Source: Bigelowiella natans CCMP2755 (Eukaryota > Protista > Cercozoa). Taken from it: 64,000 nucleotides of DNA. Below the pieces are notes generated by a model that saw nothing but the letters and a program-made list of their open reading frames with translations, was not told the origin of the DNA and did not search any database. The position numbers and the translations under genes were made by a program. The stretch's first letter is position 1. Each line of letters starts with the position of its first letter. The DNA is taken from contig ADNK01001328.1 of the NCBI GenBank assembly GCA_000320545.1, positions 26,875 through 90,874 on the forward strand, given 5' to 3'. Shown here in pieces: positions 1 to 14,027 of this stretch.

Positions 1-399
1 GACAGCTGCTGCAGCCATGATGAAGTCCCTCATAACAATTCTGAACCGAAGTCGTGGTAAGAGGGATTGTGTTGAAGTAATGCCAGCAGTTCCAGGGGGG
101 GGCGCATTACGAGCAGGCTGCGATCGTTGCATACACTCGAAGACGCGAAGAGGCAGGGTACATAGCAAAAGAATGTTTGGACCATTATCTCCTTTAATGA
201 AACCGATGGATATTATCCATTTATATTTTCCGTCTCGCCTAATAAAATAAGAATCGAATAGAGCGTCAATAGAAGGGCTAGCCAGTTGCGTCCACTGTTC
301 ATCCCCCAATAGTTTCTCATATTTTTGTATTGAGCGTCATCGGATTTCCACCCCCATCTTCATAATGATCAGCCTTGTCCTGAGCATGATCCAGAGGCC

Positions 400-1125
400 A
401 TGGCTAAGGTCCCGCCCGCTATGTATCTTGAGAAAAGAAAGGATGAGGTTCAAGCACCAATGATGAAACACCGCCTTAGCGACGAACAAATGGTCCAATT
501 CCTAATGCACGGTATATACAACTTCATTCTCCCTCGTTTCCATCCTTGATTCTACAATCTTTCCATTGCTCTTCCACGACTTTTTTATAAGAAATAGGAA
601 TAAGCACCCTCATCCTTATTCTGCTCGTAGGGTTCCTTGTGCTTCCTCCGGACCCCTCTCTCCCTGCCTCGCATCACAGGCGTATTTTCGAACACTGTAA
701 GCGGTTGGAACTCCATAAACGTTCTAATAACCCCGGCAACAACATACTGGTTAGATGAAATCCTTGTCTTTTTGCCTACTTTTCCCTCCTCGTCACATGC
801 ATCATTCATCGAATCTGGAGTCTGCTACCTTGTTGACCTACCACTATGCTACCACTGCTACTTCCTATTTGTGTGGACTGCTATTGAATGCAGGCCTTAG
901 TCCCCGGAATTCGTGAGATAATGGAGAGTGTGACTGTGGACGGTGCCCTGAGTAGTGTATTGGGTGATGGATATCGTGTTCATGGCCATCGATACTGCCA
1001 TTCTACCCAGCCTGTAATACTTACTGCTGCTACCTCAGTTATTATATATTATACGTCATCGTCACTATCGTTGCTACCATCATCATCATTATCACCACCA
1101 TCATCATCATCATTATCATCACCCG

Positions 1126-1164
<39 letters not shown>

Positions 1165-2962
1165 AGAAGTGAAACAAAAAAAAAAGACACTAGCATTGAT
1201 CAAAACTCCAATATTCGATGTGAAGCAACCAGTGCTATCTATCATCTCATCTTTCATACTTTGCTCTATGGAATCAACAAGGGATCAGGAGACCAAGTAT
1301 GGCACAAGGATGCCTATGCTTCCGGGTAGAAGAGTTACAACTGACTGCTTATCTGTTATCTCCTTCCATCCCTCTCTCTCTCTCTTTTTCTTTCTGTATT
1401 TTGTACTATCACTGCACACATATCAAATAAATATACTCCATCCCTTCATCGCTCGGGCACATCCTTTGTGTATGCAAAATATACTATAATAATATATAAC
1501 TTTATTCTCTCCACAGCTATCAACGAAGGCAGCACAGGCCGCGATGGGCTATGATCATGTACGTGGTGATGATGATGATGATGATGATGATGATAATAGC
1601 TAGTCTTGTGAATATTGCACCTATTTGAACGTATTTTATTCTCCACCTCCACCCTTTTAGCTTTTTCTACTCGTTATTTATCCCAGCTTCCTCCTCCTTT
1701 CCTTTTTCGTCGTCTTTCGCCATCCAAATACCCCCCCCCCACCCTCCCCTCCCTCCCTCCTTGCCCTTAAAAAAGGTATTACCCTCAAGAAGTGACTCTC
1801 GATATGGGTCCTACTGGAGTTATCGCTGGCAGCCAGTATGACGACACACCTGCTGATAATGATGCCTAACAACCACCTTCGTATGAACCAAAAACCTTCA
1901 TGATGGTGTTCTTTTGAAAGCTAATTTAGCTTACCAAGTATTAGTGGATGGTTAGTTCGTATCTTCTTGTTTGTGAATCCTCTGTGCTATTTTGTTCAAT
2001 AGCTATCTCGGCGTTTCTTCGCACCGCGACTTAATAGCAGCTGCTCGCATGACCAAAGCTCATTGTTCAAAGCAAGGAGGGTTGTCATTAGAGAAGGGGG
2101 GGGGGAATAGACGAATCTATCTAAATTGCTGTTTTTGCGGTAGTTGATGATGTTAAAATTGTTGTTGATCTTTTACAATCCTCCTGTGATCTCATAAAGA
2201 AGAAGAAGAAGAAGAAGAAGAAGAAGAATACATGTAGTCCTCTATGAAACCAACCAACCAACCATCTTGATAAAGAGCTGATAATGCATGACTATTGGCA
2301 TTATCGTACAGTGAAGGGGGAGTAGGACCCGCTCCAGGGCCTCCTGAAGCCTTTGGCGAAAAAATGAGAGTCTGTGTGAAAGCGGTGGGAGAGCATATGT
2401 ATAAAAGTGTGTGCGTGTGTGTATGTGTGCGTATGAATCAAAATTATTAACAACATTGCTTCTTGTCCGCATCTACTCCATATACTCGCAATATAAAACA
2501 TAATGCCTTTGGAAATATCATAATAAACAAGTATAAGCATTGCGGAAGTCGTTGTTATAGCCCCTCCACCTCCTCCTACTCCTCCTCCTTGTGTCAGGGC
2601 TCATGTATCTTGATTCATTTTGATATTTGGCATCGTGGAACACGAAATATATCCAAAGATAAGGTTTCACTACCACCACAACCACAATAGTATGATTAGT
2701 GCTTTCATTCAATACTTTGGTAGTAGTATCAGCACTACTAATAATGCTACTTCTACTTCTACTCTCGTAAAGCAGCTTGCCAACAAAATGGCATTGCAAC
2801 TGACTCGATGTAGACTTATTACTAACACCAAAGTAGAAGTTGGAGTAGTAGTTGTACTAGTTACTCGTACTAATAGCAGTAATGGTCATCGTCAGCAAAA
2901 TCTCACCAATCAGTTTATACCAGTACCGAAGTACTTATAAAAGAGTAAACAAACACATTGCC

Positions 2963-3001
<39 letters not shown>

Positions 3002-3712
3002 CGATGAGGACTATCTATGCTTAGCTGCGGTACATGTTCAAGATGCAAGCTGTGAGAATGAACGAACCGCTACCGGACAATCCATCATGGTGATGTTCAG
3101 AGTGCCGAGAGGGGGAGGGGGGGGGAATGAAGGGAGGAGGGAATGGAGGCAGGCAGGTGAGAAGAATCGACCACACAATACACACACACACACACACACA
3201 CACATAACGCACACACATCACACTAAATATTTCAGGAATAGCAACTCCTCGTCGCTATCGAAGCTCTGCGTCATTAAGCAGCAGCATCAGCTACAACAAC
3301 CACAACAACAACAAAAGGCTTCTCTACCACGTATTCCTAAGATGGATCCCGTGTGGGAAGCGATGTGGTCTTATCTCAACCAAAAGCAAAGCCAGAGTAG
3401 TGGCAGCATGGATGATGATGATGCAGAGACAATTGCTGGTGCTGCGAAGATGGGGGGTGAGAATGAGCAAGACTGCAAAGCCAATCGAGGGCCTTATGGC
3501 GATGCTCTAGATCATCGTCACTTTTGTCAACTCAAACGTGATTTGTATGAAAGCCTCTACGTTGATAGGTAGTAGGCACTAGATTGGTAGTTGAAGCCCA
3601 TTATTTGGTGCAGAGTCGCAAGATATTGCTGCTATACTAAATTACCATCCCCACGTTGCTGTTGGTTGTTGAAGTTTCTTCAAAAAACGGATCACTTTTC
3701 CTTCTCTCTTTC

Positions 3713-3764
<52 letters not shown>

Positions 3765-4776
3765 ACGAGGCATCCTTGCCGTGGAACACACGAATGTGTC
3801 GGTGTAGTTGCAAAAGGATCCCCGAAATCACACACTACGGCACACCATCTTGAAGGAATAGTCTCCAAAGAGGTGATACATTTACTACTGCTACTACATA
3901 TTTTAGAGTCCTCGTTTTTCCATAGATAGAGCTGGGAGAAGAGGAGATACAGTAGTGTCAAGATCGTCAACATTAGGTGAACAGTTGATGCTGAATAACC
4001 TACTTCTTTTCTCTTTCTTAATCGACGTCACACCTCGTAGATTCGTGCGATGAACGCTGCATATATCCTTGCAAGAAGCTACGGAAATCGAGGTGCTTCG
4101 ACTCTGATGTCTGCTGCTCTCTCTCCTGATCAAGCCCACTGCAGGGCTGCAGGTGCAATATAATATAATAATATTATATATGTGTATAATAGCATGAATA
4201 ATATTTTGTGATATCTCATTGAATCAATACCGCCGTTCTATTCTTTTCATTTCTGTTAAATATGTGTATGTGTGTGTGGGTGTGGGTGTGTTCCTACGAT
4301 GATTTTATTCGTTCATTTCCTAGCTGCTGCTTCTCGAAGGTCTGCTGTTGCTCTCGCGTCACTGCACAGTCAGCAAGATACCGTCTTGGAGCTCGGCCTC
4401 ATTACACGACTAGCAAAGGCGATTTGTGGGGAGGGCCAGTCTCTAGGGATTTCAACACGGGCAAAAGATCATCATAATCAGCATCAAGAAGCATCATCAG
4501 CTCCTCCCTCTTCATCATCGCCCTGTGTTCAAACCACCTCAGTAGCTGGGGCACGTGAAACAGCGTGTTTCATTGCAGGTGAGTGGGCTTCGATCTATGC
4601 ATCGCTGCTAAGATCATCATCATCATCATCATTATCGGCAAGGAAGAGTACAAACGATGATCATCAAGGAAAGGAGAAGCCAACAGAGGGAGAGCAGGAC
4701 GAGAAGAATCGTCGTCGTCTAGTAGATGATGTAAGATTTAATAAACGTCAAATGAAACTTGTGTGTATGTGTGTAT

Positions 4777-4817
<41 letters not shown>

Positions 4818-5837
4818 ATGTACGCGTATCCTTTATTCATAAATACTGACAATTGAGCCTCGTTCCTGAGGATGGATGTGAGAGTTTCCTGTCTATCTCG
4901 AATATCTTACATATACTACATATTATTCATAATATTATATATATTTGTCTGCGAGTGTGATTTCAATCTTAAATCGATGATATGTGTTAATGTAGATAAT
5001 CGGTGCTCTGGCATCTGCATTGAGCAAGCGTGATGAGTGCAGCCTGGTTCGGATTGCAGCAGCAGAGGCCTTGGGATCCATTGGAAATATGCTGGCTATA
5101 TCATTCTGCAGGTCCAGCTGTAGGAGCCATAAGGAAGAACAGAAGGAACATAAGGAGTGTGCGCTGCCAGACAACAACGATAGCTACTCATCCGACTTAG
5201 CTGCAAAACTAATTATCCGAAGAATAGAAAGATGTCTGGGTGACGTGATTCGTACAGAGATGGTGAACGAGTCACCTCCTCCCCCTCTTCCTCCTTCCTC
5301 TTCTTCTTCTTCCTCTTCATCATCTTCAGCAGGAGGAGGGACAATGTGCCCGCAGCTTCTTCAGTTTGCAGTAGGGTCTCTTGCGAGGTATTAATAATAA
5401 TAAGATGCTATGAGTTGCTGGGTTTTCATTTACATGAATAAAAAGGGGAAAGAAGACAAGGAAAAGGAAAATTGAGATGTCCCGAGAAGTAGGAGGAAGA
5501 ATAATATATGCAATCATCTTCTTCACTCTTGTGATCTCTCCCCTTCCTCTCCCCCCCTGTGTACTGCGTCATGTTCTGTTTTATGTACAAGACATTCCCG
5601 GCTGTAAATCGTCAGCCCCCTCAATAGATGACACTACTAATACTTTGTTTGTTTATGCACAAGGCTCGGTAAGCAGGCTATCGGTTCCGTGGAGTTACTA
5701 GCTGCAGTTGCTGCGACATCGTCCGATCGATACGCACGCAATACTGCTCTAGAAGCGCTCAAACGACTTGGAGAAACAGAGAGACTTGTACGATCATGCA
5801 CATGCGATTATTATTACTATTCTATAATCTCTCTCTC

Positions 5838-5902
<65 letters not shown>

Positions 5903-5926
5903 ATACAAACAAATTTATTCATCAAA

Positions 5927-5957
<31 letters not shown>

Positions 5958-6120
5958 GCTTCCCCAAGTTGTTTGTGTGTGTGTGTGTGTGTGGTGTATG
6001 GGAGCAGCAATCATGTTTGTAAAGCAAACCATCATGAAGAATTTCGTACTACTTGTGTAGGCATCTCAATTGATGTGGGAAAGATTTTGCCCTCTCACGG
6101 CAGTGGACAATGCTTATTGA
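400..6120 (+). CDS. Multi-exon phytanoyl-CoA dioxygenase-like (PhyH, Fe/2OG) protein with C-terminal HEAT-like repeats
   Basis: Exons read MKHRLSDEQMVQFLMHG, VDGALSSVLGDGYRVHGHRYCH, QVWHKDAY (HxD), HRPRWAMIM/YYPQEVTLDMGPTGVIAGSQY, LIHFDIWHRGTRN (distal His) and RYMFKMQAVR. These are followed by helical repeats (VRIAAAEALGSIG; DRYARNTALEALKRLG) and a last exon WERFCPLTAVDNAY* ending at 6120. Start is approximate. Confidence 0.8.
1078..1163. repeat. Intronic (CAT)n microsatellite (representative of dozens of CAT/CT/GT/AT/GAA/TAG tracts in the window)
   Basis: Direct reading; the poly-S/poly-M ORFs here are artefacts of it. Confidence 0.95.
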
Positions 6121-6325
6121 ATACAGCAGTACGACGAGCAAAATAGATTATTGTAAGAGATAATAAAAGGCCATGAGTCCTATTATCGTATCTAGAATCA
6201 TCGAGATGCTGCCGTCCTGTCCCGTTGATGTCACCAATATGTTTATGCTTATATGCTATATGCTATATATGATGATTGGATATGCAAGTCTCGAGCCAAC
6301 ACGTAATGATAGACATGTAATATGT

Positions 6326-6364
<39 letters not shown>

Positions 6365-7086
6365 TATTGCTGTGTCTATTATCGTACTCGGAGGCAAGCT
6401 ACAGTGCCCATGCCCCGGCTAGCGTTCATAGCCCAGATTTATACAGCAGCTATCTAGCTATATTAACAAAGATAAGGCGTACGAATGGAGTGTAGAATGG
6501 AGCGTGCAATTCGTTGTGCAAGTGCAATGCTACGTTAGTGGCATTGCTTTCAATGCCACGTTTTATCTACAAACGCAATGCAGTGCAAGTCTTGTTGGCT
6601 ATTCGTGCGTGCGCATATATGGACCTCAGCCGTACTGCTAATGGGATGTTCGTACTAAAGCCGTCAGGTACAGACAACATTGCACTGCAGTAGAGAGCAT
6701 ACTACGCACGTAGAACTGCCATAACTCACGTAGCCTAGTACCTCATCTCACACCTGCTAATTCAATGCTAGCCCGATGACGCAGCGTCCCCGATGTGGAC
6801 GAAGCAAGACTAATGGCCTTGTACACGCTGTAGATTGTGTCTATTATAGCGCGCTGGCAGTTTATTATTAGATCGAGATGAAACGGGGGAAGCTTTTAAG
6901 TTCACACTCAAACCATGCAAAGTGTCTAGAGTGTGATTATAGAGGACGCAAACTTTCTATCTCATACAATATCAGCAAATAATATGCTCTTGGATCGTGA
7001 ATAAGTCCACTTGCGCGCTGCACGTACATAGCTTAAGAATCTAATTGTTGTATTCAAAATGAAACTTTCCACGATAGATACATGGA

Positions 7087-8352
7087 TTAGAAAGTCCATG
7101 AATTTGACGCCACGCTCTTGGTAAGATACAGATCGATCGAGTTCAAGCCAGTCGCTACAAATTGCTGCTTCGATGAGCTACTTGTCTTGTTCGCAGCAGC
7201 CAATGAGAATACTGACTTGGACTTGCAGCCAACTTTACCTATCATTTCCCCGGACATGCTCCAGTGGAACACAAAGCTTTCGTTCCCTGTCAAGAAATCA
7301 TAAAAAAATAACAGCATAAAAAGGGGTGATTCCAATCAATTTTAAATGCACCCTACCCAGGCGTTCATGCCCCCCTCCCCTCATTCTCCGTCTGGTTTTT
7401 TTCTATTAACTATTTCCCCCTCCTCTCTCTTATTTACACCCCCTCCTCCCCCCCTTCACCACAACCAACCTGCAGAGACGACTGTGTCATTGTAGAACAT
7501 AACGGCCTGTGGTGTGCCTGCTGTGGGCATGGTGCAAGTAACCCTCCTCGATCCTATATGCCATAGTGCGACGAAGGAGTCTCCGCCACCGCTCGCCATC
7601 CAGTTACCACTAAGATCACTTGCAAGGCATCCAATCCATGCCGCCCTTTTGGTATCTCCTCCTCCTCCTCCTCCTCCTCCCCCTCCTTTACTAGATACGC
7701 CGCTATGATTATTTTTTACCATCTCCTTCCCGGTAAGAGGGTTTAAAACGAAGGCCTCTTTATGGGTCCGCACGTCCCAACCTCTGACAGTGCCATCTTC
7801 AGAACCAGAGCATAGCAGCGATGATCCCGCTGATGCTGGGGCTGTTGTCACGCAATAAACAGTGTCTTCATGGCCTGATAGCGTGCAAACGCATTTCTGC
7901 GTAGATAGGTCCCACCCGTAGACATTACCGTCTCCACTGGCTGCGTACATTGTTCCGTCTCTTGTACTTACAAGGCCATTCGTTTCTGCAACCGGACTAG
8001 TGAATTGTCGAGTGCCCTTTTTCTGCGGGTTCCTGAGAATGCATAAGGGCTTGTGGGGGGATGGTGATGACGACGAGTTCCCACCCTGAATGACTGCCTT
8101 CAGGTTCCAAAGGCGAATCTCCTCGTCTCCTCCAGTAGCCAAGAGCTCTGGCTTTCCCTTCTCATCAGGAAAGCTAATGGCATATATGGGTCCTCCTGGA
8201 TGTGCCCCTTTAATTCTGTAGCCTGACTGAGAGTTCGCGGCCTTTTGCGCCTTGTGAGTTGGCCAGACGGCAATGTCTCCTTCGGTGTTGCCACACACCA
8301 AAGCTCCAGAAGGGCCAAACGCTGACGAAAGTACTCCTCCTGAGCCACTCAT
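7087..8352 (-). CDS. THOC6: WD40-repeat protein, THO complex subunit 6-like
   Basis: ORF 7456-8352 has WD40 repeats (YAASGDGNVYGWD, LSGHEDTVYCV, SGSEDGTVRGWD) and SPVAETNG / WIGCLA..NWMASGGG motifs typical of THOC6/DWA1. A second exon lies at ~7087-7288. Confidence 0.75.
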
Positions 8353-8805
8353 CGGTCAACTTCGAGCTTCACTGCCTACACAAATACGAGCTATGTATCT
8401 TTCCGTGAAAGGGAAGGGGGGACGCTGTTGTTGTTGTTGTTGTTGTTGTTGTGGTTGTTGTGGTTGTTGTTGTAGGTATACTTCGTCCTTCCGAATATTA
8501 TGTGAAATTTTCTACCTCAAAATATCAGTCTTTTCCTACTCCAGGTTCGTACAGATTCACGAGCAGTTGATGATGAGTGGATAATCCGACCTCGAACCAC
8601 CAGCGAAATATATCGGATAATGTGCGAAAACGGCGTGATAAAAGAAATGGAATACATTTTTGTAGAGGAAGTTTCCCGTAAAAAAAACATAGATGTTGTT
8701 ATAAAGTAATATAACAAGAACAACAACGGCCGAACGAGTAGTACAAGGAGGAGGAGGAGGACCTCATCATTATTTCTCACACCACGAGCAAGCAGCTGCG
8801 GTGAT

Positions 8806-9421
8806 ATGGCGGAGGAGGACCACAATGGCAACGTCGTCTACCGATCTCACGAGTCCCAAAGCGTGGCGGACAGCAACCTCCTCGCTCTGGTTGGTACGAG
8901 TGACGATTTCTGAACACATCTTCCCTGAAACCTTCTTTCCTCTGTGGATACCTCCTCATAATTAGGATAGCGATGCATGGGACGATACGTCCTTGATCGA
9001 AGCCTGGGAATCGCAAGTTGAAGACTATATAAAGGTTCGTTCTTGAGTTGCTAAATACCCCCCATCGGGAGCTCAATTTAATCAGACAATGTGCAAACTC
9101 ACGATTTTTTCCCTTACTGTGTGCGGAAAGACACGAGGAGGGCGCCTGGAAACAGCGAGGGCAAATACAAAAAAGAAAAAGAAGCAGCAAAAAAAGAAGA
9201 AGAATGCACACGACAAGCAGAAAGCTAAAAGCCCATATCTTCCCGCCTCGTCAACAAAAGAGGGTAGGGGGGCCGTAATCGTGGAGCAGCAGAAAAAGAA
9301 GAAGCCGTATGAATATGAGGACAACAGCTCTCTCCACCCCAGGCCGAAAACCAAGTCCGGTGATGACCAAAGGGAAAGGGAAGGAGAGCCTCCTAATCGG
9401 TATGAGAGTGCACTTTGCGGC

Positions 9422-9454
<33 letters not shown>

Positions 9455-10782
9455 AATGATGTAGTGACCCCTACCTCCTTGGCAATATCGTTGTGATCAT
9501 GGTGCTTATTCAAACAGCAAACTCAACTTCCAGTCTGCAGCCGCAGCTCCAGCTGCTGCAGCTGCTGCTGCTGCATATGGATACTACCAAGAAGCTTCCT
9601 CGAAGAAGAATGCTAGGCAGGAGGCTCAAGCTGCTGCTACTGCCTCTGCCACGAACGAGTATATATGCATGGTCCGTACCTACCAACACATCTAAATTTA
9701 AGCTTCTATCCAGTGATAAATATGTAACCCTTCTTCGTTGTTTCTACGTGATGTATTTCAACGACCGCAGATGGAGTTTATAGCGTCCTCGGCTACAGAG
9801 CTCAATGTTAGGAAAGGAACAAGGGTGTATATACGATCCTTGCAGAACGGTTGGGGCTATGCGTCTCTCTTGTCGTCCTCAGGTGAAACCGGTTGGGTCG
9901 ATATGAGGTGCTTTCAACCTGCGACTTCTGCTGCCACGCTTGATGGTGGGACACAGTTTCCTCCGAATCATCATGAATTCATCAATCCCCCCGCAGTTGG
10001 ATTCGATGGGATGAGGAGCAGAGATTCAAAGAGAGCGGCGGCAAGAGCACAACCACCACCATCATCACCACCACCACTATCCAGGTAGTTTCAAAACTCA
10101 GCGTCCAAAGCTGGTACTTTCTTTACATACGGCAGCAGCCGTAGCAGAATAAATACACGCACGCACACCACACACACACAAACACCCATAGAGAGAGGGG
10201 GGGGGGGAGAGAGAGAGAGAGAGAGAGGCGTACACACACATTTCGCCACGCACCACAGCCACCAAGTGCCCTCCGCCGGAATCGGATATAGAGGAGGAGG
10301 AAGAGCAGGGAAAAGTTGGGAGCGGAAAATAGCCGCATCATCATCATCGTCATATCCGGGCAGTTATTATCCTGGCAGCCCACCACCAACATCATCATCC
10401 TCGCAGCACCAAGCTTCCCGCCAGGGATATCCCTATCCCGCACCTCCACCCCCACCCCCATCCCATCATCAACCTTATTATTCCTTTTATCCTGGTGGGC
10501 AACACTATGGATCGCACTATTATTCGGGTCACGAATCTCAGCCATCAATGCAGCAGTCGCCACCGCATGGCGCACAGCCTCCGATGACTGCGGGGCTGCA
10601 GGATGAGGCTCTCGCAAAGCTTCTCGTCGCATGGTAAGATGATAATTGTCACAGTGTTTATTGTCATCGAAAGAAATCTGAGGACATAGTCGAGCCTGAA
10701 CCAATACATGCAACTTAGGTACTACAGTGGGTACCATACTGGCCGCTACAAAGCTATGAAAGAAATTTACGGCTGGCCGTGA
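8806..10782 (+). CDS. SMN: Survival motor neuron (SMN)-like protein with central SH3 domain
   Basis: Gemin2-binding motif DSDAWDDTSLIEAW at ~8966; Pro-rich region; C-terminal YG box DEALAKLLVAW|YYSGYHTGRY with stop at 10782. A central exon reads MEFIASSATELNVRKGTRVYIRSLQNGWGYA...GETGWV (SH3-like). Confidence 0.8.
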
Positions 10783-11321
10783 TTTACATTGAATAAGGAT
10801 CTATCCGTAGCTTTTAGGACTTAGATAATCCTAGAATAATGAGGATACATATCTAGATATAAGAATGCATTTTCATCGATCTCCATGTGCATATATATAT
10901 AATGAGCTGTATGCTGTGGACACGTAGCTACGATGCGGTGCTTCAGACGATGGCACAACTAATTCTACGTATGTACACACGCATGTACTAGATGTAACTG
11001 CATATGCATGCATGCGCATCGTGTACTATCCCTAGCGCGGCGAAAAAAATTTATAAATGCAATGGCCAGACCAAATAGCAGGTATGCAACAATATCTTAG
11101 TGGTCTTGATGAACTTAATATGTGCACGTGCGGCTCTAGCTATACCGCGAGTGCGGGGCTTACTAATATGCAGCCTCACTAGACCTATTTAGCTATGCTA
11201 GTGGGAGTAACTTAACTCTATTTTTTCCCTGGAAAACTGACTCGCATGCACTCATTATATATTGCTATTTAGCTGAGGAAACTATGCTAGAAGTATATTC
11301 TTATGCCGCACTGTATCAACT

Positions 11322-13447
11322 TCACTTAACTTTTGTTTTAATCCAACCATCCATGCCATGTCTTCCTCCAGCTGAAAAAATCAGTACAAAAATCAGGATG
11401 GATATGCCGAAATAAAGTGACTGAATTTACTCCTTTAGAAACTAGGTGTGATGTCATATAAGTTCTGTAGAAGCACCTATTTCTGTGATGTAATCCGTAA
11501 GAGAGGTCGGCAAAATAGATAACAGGACCAGACACCTTCAATCACATTCAACATCTAATATAACTCGCACAGAAAAGAGATCGGACAATAGATGTACATA
11601 CATATTTTTGCTCAATTACCAATGCACTTGGAGCGGCATCGTTTCCTCATGATGCACACCTGGTCCCTGCATTTATCAATTGTTGCAAGGCTTTATTTAG
11701 AGACACCACAGGCAACCGCTTTTCTATTTTTACTTGTTCTTCTTCCCAACCATAAAATACAACATAGGCTTCAACCATCCTCCACCTATGCTAAGTCTTA
11801 ATACTGACACGATGGACGTAAACTACCGCCCTCCCCTCCCCCCCCCCCCCTCCCCTAATTATCTATACGCTACTATAATGTACATATGTATGTGCGTTAT
11901 GATTTAGCTCGCATAACCGCGGACGCCATGCTGACGATTCTGTTGGCAACAACTTCAGCTTTCAACCCGGGAAATACCCACCGAACCGGCCACCAAAATG
12001 TCACCTTCATCGAATGCATTTATCTTTTAATATGTGTATGCTGAAGCTTAGAAGAACAAGTGCAAGATGATAAATGACCTACAAACGCAAATGGGCCTGT
12101 AATCGGAAACGTTTTAATTGTTTTTTTCCCTTACTAGTCACCCAATCACTCTATCTCTATCTATTCCCATTCTTTTACATTCCGAGCACTTTTTTTGTGA
12201 AATTTGAATCTAAGAAATGCTTTGGTTACCCCATTGAACATTCTTGTATTCACATGCCATGGCCTAGGAAGAATATATCATACGCTCAGACATATTACAT
12301 ATGTATATACTGTGGGATTCGTTGAATAGTGTCATAGTGATTTGGTTTCGGATACTACATGAGTAATGAAATAGCCACTTTGGAGTTCGCTCGTCGGAGC
12401 TCTAAACATTATCCAAATGACAACAATACGGAGAATGGTTCGACTAACGACGAATAGATTATATCGATGAAGCTACTACGGCAAGGATTAGTTTTCCTGA
12501 GAAAAACAGCTACGCTATACATCTACTACCAAGCCTTAACGAATTGTTCGCATGAATCAGAGCTGCCTGTGGGACACAATATATCAATATATATATATAT
12601 ATATATATATATAATTCATACATATCGAACCAAGTGTTTCCCTCAATTCTCTCTCACTCATCAACCCTCTACTTCCTACCTTGGACGCGCAGTAAGCTGA
12701 AAGGCGGCATGCGTACGATCTACAGGGTAGTCTGCGTCAATCTATCTCATACTATGAGTGCAAATCATTCGACTCACATGACCACAGTCTCGCTTCCGCA
12801 ATAGCACCAAAAAATACACAAAGGAGAGCTGTACAGTGTTACCTTCCCGCGGACGACGCTACGTTCACTATGCGACCCTGATCACGTTTGATCATATCTT
12901 TGAGGAAAACCTGACAAAATTTGAAAGTCATGGCAATCCGAATCAGATTTACATGACATAGCGTGATTGCTGCCTTTATCATGTAGAGCGGCCCAAGTGC
13001 GTTGATTCCCAATGTTTTCGCCAGGTCTTCATTGCTCCAGTCGATTAGATTCTTTCCCTCTCCAACAACTCCAGCATTATTGATGAGAACATCGATCCCT
13101 TGTGGAAACTCAGCTTTAACCTTGGCCGCCATTGAAGATACAGCCTTCACATCCGAGACGTCGCACAAGTAGGAAGACGCAACTCCGCCTTTCTTGGTGA
13201 TTTCATTTGAGACGCGTTTGAGTCCCAGTGCTGATACGTCCAGCATGACAACGTGCGCTCCATGGTTTGCGAGCTTCTTTGCCACTACTTCTCCGATTCC
13301 TGAAGCAGAGCCCGTTATGATGACGACTTTGCCCTTGAGTCTCTCTGGGTAAACCGTCCCGGACAGGAACTTGTCCGAAGTAATCACCACTAGCACGACG
13401 ATTGCCACACAGCAGACGAGGAGGGGGAGAAGCAAAATGAAAGTCAT
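11322..13447 (-). CDS. Short-chain dehydrogenase/reductase (SDR16C/retinol dehydrogenase-like), N-terminal membrane anchor
   Basis: TGSASGIG, CDVS, LINNAG and VNVASSAG motifs; catalytic YCASK exon at ~12680-12697; later exons PWHVNTRMFNG and a terminal GGRHGMDGWIKTKVK*. Confidence 0.85.
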
Positions 13448-14027
13448 GACCACTGACCCGTCTATGCAAATTCCGATTTGAGTGGGGCAATCTTCAAATT
13501 ATTTAAAGGAACGCCTTCAGTGGGTGGATGATGAGAGGGAGAGTGTGTGTCAACTTAGAACGTGGTTTTGATCAACTTATCCGAAGATCATGTTCTTTTC
13601 CAGAACAGTCATCAGTCAGGCAGCCACGCAAACGACGGGCAGCATGAGGGTGGGGATGTGGGAGTACCAGCCTCCACGATTCACAAGGAAAAGGAAAAAG
13701 ATGAAGGAGAATTTACCCAATTTCTTCTTGTCGTCACCCATTTTTAGGTAAAATGGGATGCCGTTTTTATGGTAGAGAGAGACCCATCACACAACATCAT
13801 CCATCAAGAAGAAGGAACGAAATGCCAAATTCATCACCATGCCGTCACTCACATCCTGATATTAAAAATCGGCTTGTATTTGTCGGAAGTATGTCTCATT
13901 TTTGTGTCGTTAGGTAGCAAAGCGCATGTCGGTCGTTCACTGCCTCACATGCCCTCCTCCTGTGCTGCAGACCAAGAGTAATGCTGCTACGTCCCCTGGC
14001 CTTCGATACTGACTAGAGCTCGAAGCT

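Noticed and set aside
1-250. ORF 17-250 (+) or a possible minus-strand gene start
   Set aside because: No recognisable motif, and too little sequence in the window to support a call.
1042-1257. Poly-Met, poly-His, poly-Val and CVCV/YIYI ORFs here and throughout the window
   Set aside because: Translations of intronic microsatellites.
3340-6146. Separate HEAT-repeat gene starting at MDPVWEAMW
   Set aside because: Reads more consistently as the continuation of the PhyH gene; I found no clear terminal exon between them.
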